Origin: Octopus sinensis | Taxonomy: Eukaryota | Assembly (NCBI RefSeq): GCF_006345805.1 | Contig: NC_043011.1 | Coordinates: 62,508,464-62,572,463 of the forward strand | DNA length: 64,000 bases | Direction of reading: 5' to 3' | Shown: one piece after another, positions 54,238 to 64,000 of the stretch | Layout: each line of letters opens with the position of its first letter | Position numbering within the stretch: the stretch's first letter is position 1 | Position numbers and translations under genes: made by a program | The notes under the pieces: generated by a model | Told to the model about the DNA's origin: nothing | Database searches by the model: none | What the model saw: the letters and a program-made list of their open reading frames with translations, nothing else

Positions 54238-54284
<47 letters not shown>

Positions 54285-54814
54285 CATATAATGAATGTAT
54301 AAGCACAGAAGTGATAAAATAAACGAAAATTATGGAAATGTAATAATAACTTTGTGAAAATAAAGTGAAAGAATTTCAAAAATGAGATGTGAGAACGAGA
54401 GACACAAAATAAAAATGGATTGAGGATAATCAAGTGTTAGAATGAGAGAGGCAGAAGATTCAAAATGGCGGATTGATTCCTGCATTTTTAACGTCATAAG
54501 TTATTAATTAAAATGTTGTGAAGCTGACGTGAAATGCTGAATTCAGCAGAATCATTCTTTGAAGAATTAACATCATACGATTTAAGTTTCTTCCAAATTA
54601 GGAAGTTGGACTAAATGATAGAAACTCTGGAATGCCATATGGGACCTTCTCTGCTAAATATAAGACAACTGTATCTAACGACTGACAGAAGATTGTAAGT
54701 GTCTTGTTATTAGTTTCTAGAATTAGCGACCAATTATCTTTCAATTTAGCACCATATTATCGTAAAGGAAGGCTAGATACATTACAATTAACAATACAAT
54801 ATCTATCCATTTAC

Positions 54815-55049
54815 CTCCCTCTCTCCCTCCCTCCCTCCCTCCCTCCCTACCTACCTACCTTACTACCTACCTACCTACCTACCTACTTACCTACCTACCT
54901 ACCTACTTACCTACCTACCTACCTACCTACCTACTTACCTACCTACCTACCTACCTACCTACCTACCTACCTACCTTACTACCTACCTACCTACCTACCT
55001 TACTACCTACCTACCTACTTACTACCTACCTACCTACTTACCTACCTAC

Positions 55050-55080
<31 letters not shown>

Positions 55081-55082
55081 TA

Positions 55083-55151
<69 letters not shown>

Positions 55152-55155
55152 ATAA
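54815..55155. repeat. (CCCT)n-(TACC)n-(TATG)n-(TATC)n compound microsatellite
   Basis: Directly visible; stepwise one-base unit transitions. Confidence 0.95.
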
Positions 55156-56486
55156 CTGTGTGTCCATCTGTCTTTTTTTCTTCCAATCTGTCAGTTTGTC
55201 TGTCAGTCTGTGTTTGTGTGTGTGTGGAGAGAGAGTGAGAGAGACAGACAGAGACAGAGACAGAGAAAGAGAGAGAGAGAGAGAGAGGTAGAGAGGGAGA
55301 ATGAGCGTTCGAGCGACAAACGAATAAAAGAAATGTTAAAATGATTAGATAGATATAAGTAGACTTCTCCGTATGTGGCTGTCGGCATTAAGACAGAGAC
55401 AGAAGAGAATGCTTTGAGATTCATATCTTGAAATGGAATATTATATAAACGGTGACATGTATCATAAGACGGAAAGAATATGGAAGAAACTGATGAAAGA
55501 AAGAAAGAAAGAAAGAAAGGAGGATGAAATTTAAGAAGGACTGGACTCTAACATCAATGCTGGAATGAGAAATTGTAATATCAGTCAGAGAGAGAATGGG
55601 AGTAAGAGGGGAGAAAGAGAAAGAGGAGAGAGATATAGGAATAGAGAAAGAGAGAGAGAGAGAAAAAGAAAGATGTATAGCGTATATTAGAATGTGATAA
55701 TTATATCTTAGAATAAGTGAATGGCTATTAATTGATGGCTAACGAAAAGCAGCAAGTTAGGAAGGAAGGAAGGAAGAAACGAAGGCAGGAAATCAGCAAA
55801 GGAAAAAACCGAAGAAAAAAAACGGAGGAAGGAAGCAAGAATGGAGAAAAGAACTGTTACAAAAAAAGAACGAAGCAAAACAAAAAGAAAAGACAAATAA
55901 ACAGAAAATAAAATAGAGGAAAGGAGACATGGCTAAGAAAAGAATAAAAAGGTCAGCCACAAAACAAGCAAATGCATAAAAAATATTCGAAAAGTACATA
56001 ACACAACAGCCATACAGAAAAAAAAACAATCAATGAGAAATATAATAAACCATAATTATACAAAATATATAAATAGCGAAATTAATTAAAATGAAACATT
56101 TTCCATCGCATCATCAACAAATCTGTTGCATTTTCTTTAGAAACCTATAATATTTCCTGGATGGAGATGTCGTCGTGTCAGAACCCATCATTTAAATATC
56201 TTTATTAGCGAAGTTAGAGGATTTACGCCTGGAAACCTTCCTGATATTCTTCCAATGTTTAGCAGAACGTTATTGTGGTTTTCGTCCGTTACTTAATTTA
56301 GTAATGTTATTGCCAGCAATATTTTACCAGTATTCGTTTTTTATTGCCACTACTGCTGCTGGTGCTGCTGGTGCTGCTGTTGTTGTTGCTTTACTAAATG
56401 ATTCGAGACAGGTGTTTACTTTCAATAGACATTTCGCCTCCCCCTATCGACTTTCCCCAACATTTTATCTTTTAATATCACGCGAC

Positions 56487-56548
<62 letters not shown>

Positions 56549-57640
56549 ATATATGCATATATATACATACACATACATTTGTACATATGTATATAGATAT
56601 GTATATATATACATACATATGTATACATATATATATATATAAACATATATATATATATATATAAATGTATATATATATACATATAAATTTATATATACAC
56701 ATACATACATTCAATTCATATGTATATATTTATGTATTATAGAGATATATGATATGATTTATATGGATGCACATATATAACACAATATATATATATATAT
56801 ATGTATATATATTATATATATATTTATATATATATATATACATGTATACGTAAATATGCGTGTGTGTATGTCTACATCATTATGTAAATTATCATACGAT
56901 TTTATTGATATATTTGTGTGTGTGTGTGTGTGTGTGAATGTTTGTACGATTGTATGTCTGAGCTCGCGAGCGTTCAAAATGAATGAGCTGTCGCAAATAA
57001 AAGAGTATTTAGGCAGAAGCGAATTTGTAAACCAAAGAGTAGGAATCCAATGTTTGCCAAGAACGGCTTCCATAGTCGAAGCAAGAGAAAGAAGTGTTGC
57101 CAAATGAGTGCAAAAAAAAAAAAGAAACGACAAAAACAAACAAACATAGTGAATAGAATATTGTATGTCCATACAAGTAATATAGAATTCCGAAATAGAT
57201 ATTTTTGAAGTGTGTTGTCTCTTGAGAATTTGGAGTATAGATAGGATTTTGGATAAACTGTGTGATTGTTCATTTAAATCATGCAAAAGCGATTTATGAT
57301 ATATTTGGCCGCAAACAAACCAACACTGGGTCTGAAGCGGTGGTGGGTGACAAACACAAAAACACGCACTTGCATACATACATACATGCATACGTACATA
57401 CACGCAAACATACATACATACATACTTACATGCGTATATGCATACGTTCATACATACATACATACGTACATACATGTATACATACGTACATGCATACGTA
57501 CATACATATATACATACATTCATAAATACTTCCTCAACACAGAATTTTGTGCTTGGGAAACAAAGTTCTTACCAAGCAACTTACACCTCTATGTATGCGT
57601 ACACACCAATACTTGAACTAAATCAATCTGTCTATGTATG

Positions 57641-57671
<31 letters not shown>

Positions 57672-57692
57672 CTATATATCTATCTATCTATC

Positions 57693-58376
57693 TCGGTTTA
57701 TCAGCTGAGTCTATCGTTAATATTGTCACGCCTCCCTCCTTCAAACGGGAAGGAAGAGCTATTTTCATCATCCTTGTGGCTATGGCGAAAGAATGTATCT
57801 GGTGGACGCGTCTGAAAGGATTGGAGACAAACACTTTCCTCTCTGGTCAATCTCTCATCAACTTCTTCAAGTACCACTTGAAAAGGAAAGTGAGAGTAGA
57901 GAGGCAAGTTTTGTCTAGCGAATGTTTTAAAAAAAGATGGGTGAATGTAGCAAGAATGGCACGTATGAATGACGAAGCCACCTTGAGCATGATCCTATGA
58001 ACCCAGAAATTGAAAACAGAGAGTTGCTTATTTGCAAAAAAAAAAAAAAAAGAAATATAACATGTGACTCCATTGACCGAGGTTACCGTGGTCTTTTCCG
58101 TAGGCTTTTCTTTCCACGGGTAAACCTCACCTGTCCTCCCCTTTACACTTCATATTGACATTTCTGTGATAACGATCCCTATTGATCAATTTTTTTTTTC
58201 TTCCTTTCCCCCTTTTTTTTAACCCCCCTTTTTTGGTCCTCTTTCTCTCCTTTTACGATCCCTTTTGATCGAAACTCCCCCTTCCTTTTTTTTTTTTTTT
58301 TAAACCTTCAAAAGAAAAGCTCTACCTTGTAATTTGTTCTATCTGTGTGCAACCCTGTGTGGCTAATAAAGAAACA
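57693..58376 (+). mobile_element. 5'-truncated non-LTR retrotransposon (Tx1/L1-clade-like) 3' end within (TATC)n
   Basis: Open frame to stop at 58000: ..IFIILVAMAKECIWWTRLKG..LINFFKYHLKRKVRVERQVLSSECFKKRWVNVA.., resembling L1/Tx1 ORF2 C-termini (AK..IW..R ... R.R.E ... F..RW). Pyrimidine-rich 3' UTR, AATAAA at 58365-70. (TATC)n directly abuts both ends. Confidence 0.8.
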
Positions 58377-58439
58377 TATCTATCTATCTAGCTAGCTAGC
58401 TAGCTATCTATCTATCTGTCTGTGTGTCTGACTGTCTGC

Positions 58440-58498
<59 letters not shown>

Positions 58499-60252
58499 TC
58501 TATCTATTTCTGTGTTGAAAATCCATCGGGATCAACTTCTCCTTTCATCCTTTCGGCGTCGGTACAATGAGTGCCATTTGCGCACTGGGGTCGATGAAAT
58601 CGAATTAATTCCCCCCCAACAAAAAAAAAACAAGACAAAAATCTGCAGACCTATTGCCGAAATTTGGAACAGGATGCTTCTGCCCATTTTTAGGTACAAA
58701 TATGAGCGGGATATATTCGGTTTATATGATGTCAAAAATCAAACGGAGGCGTCATTGAAATCCTGCTCATGATAGTTTTTAACTTCAAAACAAATCTTCA
58801 ATTCTTTAGGGTCTGGTTTTGTCGATACTATCGATCTCAGCAGTTGTCTAGCACATTATGTTATCGATCATGGAAGGATGAAGCGGCGAGATTGGAAACC
58901 AGAGAGTTACGAGCCGGAAAAATTAACGCCATTTTTCTTTCCGACGACCTGACGATTCTGCCTGCTCGTCAACCATGGTTAGAAGGCAGACATTTTGAAG
59001 ATTGGTAATTAATGAATACCATTGATTCCGATGCTTCAGTTGATTTCGATGCTTATGATTCTTTTTATAGACACCGAAGAGATAAAAGTAAAGTAGATTG
59101 CAGCAAGATTTGAACACAGAACAAAAAAAAAAGGGAAGAAATACGACAAGGCACTTTTCCGACGCTCACATTTTAAAGGTAGACGGAATGTCGCTGAGCA
59201 ATTTTTCCCGGAATGAGAACAATTCTCTCTTCTCGTCGCTTTTATGTTCAATATAATGCTAAGCCTTCAAGTGCTATACTTAACAGGAACTTATCTATGG
59301 AATTAAATCATAGACAAAAAAAATTATATTAATTATATTGATAACAGTTCCAGATATACATTTGAACATGCTTGAATATGGACGGACATCAAAGGCATAA
59401 ATTATATTCTTAACGTTTTTCACAAAGCTGTAACATATATTTGAAACTGAATGGTGACAGCTCGAGTGCCACCGTTTACGTAAGCTAAACTATGTTTGAA
59501 AAGACAGCGAAGACATAATAATCGTCGTTTTAATGTAAGAAAACAACATAATAAAGAACTATAAGTTTATGCATCGACACAAAAAATAAGAAAACGAACG
59601 GAGATATTCCACTTACCTCGCTAATGTATTAATAACGCAAGATTGTTCAAATGAATTACTTCCAGTTTTTATATGGAAATGTAGATAGTGAAGAAATACG
59701 ATATAAAGAGAATCTATTAAAAATAAAACAGGCGCAGATGGGAATATATTTGCCAGTTGATTTATGGAGCAATTTCTGCAAATCGTTTCCTTTCCACACA
59801 CGCATACAGAAGAACAAACCTACTTCGTTGGAGTTATGAACGTTTAGTTTCGTTATAGCTAAAATTGATTGAAAAACATATATAAAGCACTCATAAAAAC
59901 ATACACAAACACATTATATATATGTATGTATGAATTTATGTATATATGTATATGTACGTATGTATGTACGTAAGTATGTATATATATATATATATATATT
60001 ATAATATATATATATATATAATTAATAATATCGGGGTAATAAAAATTACTTTAGAAATTCTTACTACCAGTGGCTTAGCGTGTAGAATAATTAGTCAATC
60101 GACTATATATTTTTATAGTGTATTTTTATGAATAAATATATATCCCACTTTACAATGTTAATATGTGATGATTCTTTTACTAGCTCCGGTTGTTACTCTC
60201 CCTCTATCTCTCGCCTTTATTACAAACACACACGCACAGGCAACTTATATAT

Positions 60253-60286
<34 letters not shown>

Positions 60287-60329
60287 ATATATATATATAT
60301 ACTCGTATATATAAGTTTTTTTCCTAGAG

Positions 60330-61400
60330 TGTGAGCGCTTCCCTTAAACCTTTTCAAACACACGTGTTCTTAAAGAGGAAGTCCTTATTTTTGTGGTTGT
60401 GGTAATACCATTTTCGCTTTATTTTCGCTCTTTCGGTTTCGGTCATAAATATTCTTTTACCGCTGTTTATTATGTGGAGTGGTTTTGGCTATTTTCGGTT
60501 TAATTTCGGATTTAAAATTCCTATATAGTATTCTTCTTTTACCCTTCGTAGTTGTGCATTTTCATGGTTTATTTTCTAAAATGGGAATATTTTGAATTTT
60601 TCATTTGCACAGATACCTAGATGTTCACAGCATGGGACTTTCCTCAGAGATGGATCCCTAATTTGTTGTATAGGCACATTTACACGACTGGACAGTTTCC
60701 TTCCAGTCTCCCCAGTGCAGTTTACATTGCATTGTGGACATCTGATGCAGTAGATGAAGTCTTTTGTTTTGAAATTCATGTTTGCATTAACTTTTAATTC
60801 TTTCCCATTGTTGGGTCTTTTGCTTGTTCCTTGCTCAATTAATTCACTTGTTCCACAACGGGGGTCTCCATATTTGATTGCTTGCATCGTTTTGTTTTCA
60901 AACCTGAATCTCGCCTTTGTTAGGAATTTCTTGAACTAGGTAGTTGGCTTCGACTTTTAATAATTTTTGATTTTTTTTTTAATTATTCGTTCGAGATTTG
61001 GTGACTAATGTACAATTGGGAGGTATTGTTTGGCCGAGCATAGAATGCAGTGGGTTCTAGGGTTGTTGGTGACTACAAACGGAATATTTGTATTTATATT
61101 TTCTTTTTCACACCTAGCCTGAATGATTCTTCGAAATGTAGACATCGGGATTTCCTTTACTTCTGCCATGGCATGTTGAATTAACGTGTTGGGATATTTT
61201 TGCTTCCGAAGGAATATGTTAAGATTTGCCATTCTCGATTCTCTCGTGTAACAGTATTTGTGACTATTGAGTAAAAGCACCTTACCACATAGAATGGTAT
61301 GTTGCTTTTGGTATGGAAAGGGTGGTATAACCTAAAATGTAAATATTGGTACGTGTGTGTATAAATATACACGACCGAGAGGTTGAAGAAAAGTTTCTGT
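60330..61400 (-). mobile_element. Penelope-like retroelement fragment (RT C-terminal/thumb region plus GIY-YIG endonuclease), pseudogenised
   Basis: 61372-61181: YTHTYQYLHFRLYHPFHTKSNIPF, matching the PLE 'HQYLHFSSCHP..TK.SIPY' motif. 61280-61005: ..LRKQKYPNTLI..IPFVVTNNP. 60887-60576: DPRCGT..FIYCIRCPQCNVNCTGETGRKLSSR..EHLGICANEKFKIFPF (GIY-YIG). After a premature stop: ..RRVKEEYYIGILNPKLNRK* ending about 60489. Frameshifts and stops present. Confidence 0.9.
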
Positions 61401-62324
61401 CTCTCGCTGACAGAAAATACAGCGGGGTCAGTTAAATATAATCTTATCCAAAATATTTACACACGTATTGCAGGGTCCTTTCACTTTTACAAAGAACTGT
61501 AAAAGAACTGGGAAAGTTAGTCCTCCAACCAGATCTTTAGCAAAACCCTTCAATACAAGAACCCTTAAACATTGCCTCGTATTTGCATATATATATTTAC
61601 ATAAACGCATATATAATTATACATATATATATATGTTTATATAATATATATACACATATAAATATGTGTGTGTGTGTGTTTGTGTGTGGTGTATGTATGT
61701 ATAATTTTGTGTTTTGGAAATAAGAAAATTATACAAGCTTGTATGTTCAAATATAATAAAAACGATTTTATATTAATCTCAGGGGGTTACTCTATACTTT
61801 GTACTGTGTGGAACTTTGGAATCACACTGAACGTTATTCTTGTTTAACACAGAACACACGCACATACGCACGCACACACACTTATATATGCATATAAACA
61901 AACACATAAACGTGTGTGTTTGTGTGGTATAGAGAGAGGAATGAAGGGAAATAAAGTAGACTGCGCAAAGCAAAACACTTTGCAATTTCTTCTCAAATAA
62001 TTTGATATCAATTTCTTTTCTTAGTTTGTTTCCCATTTTCTTCTGTGTCACTACTTGAACACGTATAATCAAACGGCATTGGCATTTATACATCATTATA
62101 TATATATAAATATATATATATATACATACCCACACATATATATATATATATAGATAGATATATACATATACATATGTATATATATATATGCATATGTATA
62201 TCTGTACATATATACATATATTTATATACATATATATATACGCATAAATATATATATGCATATATATATATATGTGTATATATATACATATACATATATA
62301 TGTATGCATACATATATATTTATC

Positions 62325-62371
<47 letters not shown>

Positions 62372-62540
62372 ACACATACACATATATATCTACTTATGTA
62401 TAAGCAGATATATGTATATAGACATACACACACGCGCACACACACACACACATACACATATATATATATGTAAAAACACTCATAGAGAGTGTGTGCTTGT
62501 GTGTGTTTCTATATTTGAGTGTATAGGTTTCTCTCTCTCC

Positions 62541-62589
<49 letters not shown>

Positions 62590-63084
62590 GTATATACACT
62601 CACACATACACATATGCACACATATCGGTACAAACAAAGTCACAAGCGCGCGCACCCACATACACACGCATGAATGTACGTGTGTTTGTGCTCGGCAACT
62701 GTTTTTTTCTTTCACGGAATGAACATTTAATACTCGAAACAAATTGAATATAACTTTTTTTTTTAATATTTTGTTATTTCGAATTCCTCATGAAATGATT
62801 AAATTCCATTATATACGTAAAGCATTCGTGCGTTTACACTCACACATACACACACGCAAACACGCACGGGCACACATATACCTACTCACACACACCCTAA
62901 CTGCTAGCATACACTGACAGAGAGATAGAGAGTGAATGAGAGGGAGAGAGAAAGAGAGTGAGAGAGAAACAGTGAGTGAATGAGAGAGAAAAATTAATGG
63001 AAACTAAAGTAAGAAGCCTGTAGTTTTATCCAATCCAAAGATATCTTATTGATTATATTGATTTCAAATTCTTCGTTACGGCCA

Positions 63085-63406
63085 GTAGATTCGTAGAAGT
63101 AAGGAGGTTAGTCAATTACATCGACCCCAGCACTCAAGGTCCACCTAGGCAAACGTAATGATGGACGAAATACCTATATCTTTACTGCCCACATAGGGCT
63201 AAACACAGAGAGAACAAACAAGGACAGACAAACGGATTAAGTCGATTATATCGACCCAGATGCGTAACTGGTAGTTATTTAATCGACCCCGAAAGGATGA
63301 AAGGCAGAGTCGACCTCGGCGGAATTTGAACTCAGAACGTAGCGGCAGACGAAATACTGCTAAGCACTTCGCCCGGCGCGCTACAGATTCTGCCAGCTCG
63401 CCGCCT
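63085..63406 (-). mobile_element. SINE family A
   Basis: Head ending at 63406, full first unit and partial second unit. Confidence 0.85.
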
Positions 63407-63771
63407 TAAACCCGAATATTATTCAAATATATCTTTATATATATTTACATATCTGAGCATACACACGCATTCATACACACGCATTCATATATACACACGC
63501 ATTCATACACACGCACACATATTTAGCTGGTGCAGAACTCAATTCATCTATGATCCAGAACACAATGGTATTTGAGTAAAGAATGGCAATAGAAAACAAT
63601 GGTTGGACACAGAACGAAACCAAATATTTTGTAATGTACTTCAGTGGCTTACAGCTGTTTCTGTTATAGCATATGGCGAACTCATTTAGCCGAGTGCCAG
63701 GATATCATCCTATAGTTCCATCAGAGCATTGAATATGGCGTGCACTTTATTTGGGAAAGTTTCATTTTCAG

Positions 63772-63869
63772 AACATACTGTTGTTAGAAGTGAGAAAGTT
63801 AATGTTGATGGTTATGACAATTTCTATCGCAAGTTACAAAATGTACGCGAATATACGCATGCGCCAAAG
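63772..63869 (+). CDS. Candidate internal coding exon (98 nt), product unknown
   Basis: Acceptor tttcattttcAG|, donor AAG|GTAAGA. Open frame xHTVVRSEKVNVDGYDNFYRKLQNVREYTHAPK with non-repetitive composition. Confidence 0.5.
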
Positions 63870-63920
63870 GTAAGAATTAAAAGGGATATATATATATATA
63901 TGTGTGTGTGTGTGTATAGA

Positions 63921-63977
<57 letters not shown>

Positions 63978-64000
63978 GTGTTTGTGTGTGTGTGTGTGTG

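Overview
AT-rich, microsatellite-saturated eukaryotic DNA. The repeat families are ones I recognise from octopus (coleoid cephalopod) genomes; this attribution is from memory, not a search. No complete protein-coding gene is visible. Nearly all ORFs in the supplied track are microsatellite translations or antisense SINE reads. The window looks like intronic or intergenic sequence. It holds: (i) more than 30 copies or fragments of at least four tRNA-derived SINE families; (ii) a degenerate Penelope-like element (RT thumb plus GIY-YIG) at about 60.3-61.4 kb; (iii) a 5'-truncated Tx1/L1-clade LINE 3' end embedded in a (TATC)n array, and a probable LINE ORF1 5' fragment; (iv) several Helitron derivatives, one keeping only the start and end of the RepHel ORF; (v) Tc1/mariner- and pogo-type MITEs; (vi) many fold-back elements. 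Several fold-back elements carry minimal type-I hammerhead ribozyme (HHR) motifs with palindromic stem-III cores, the architecture known from Penelope-like elements. One HHR (5946-6030, +) appears fully intact, and one degraded HHR lies inside a tRNA-headed element bounded by perfect 20-bp inverted repeats. A few candidate exons are listed at low to moderate confidence, the best at 63772-63869 (+).
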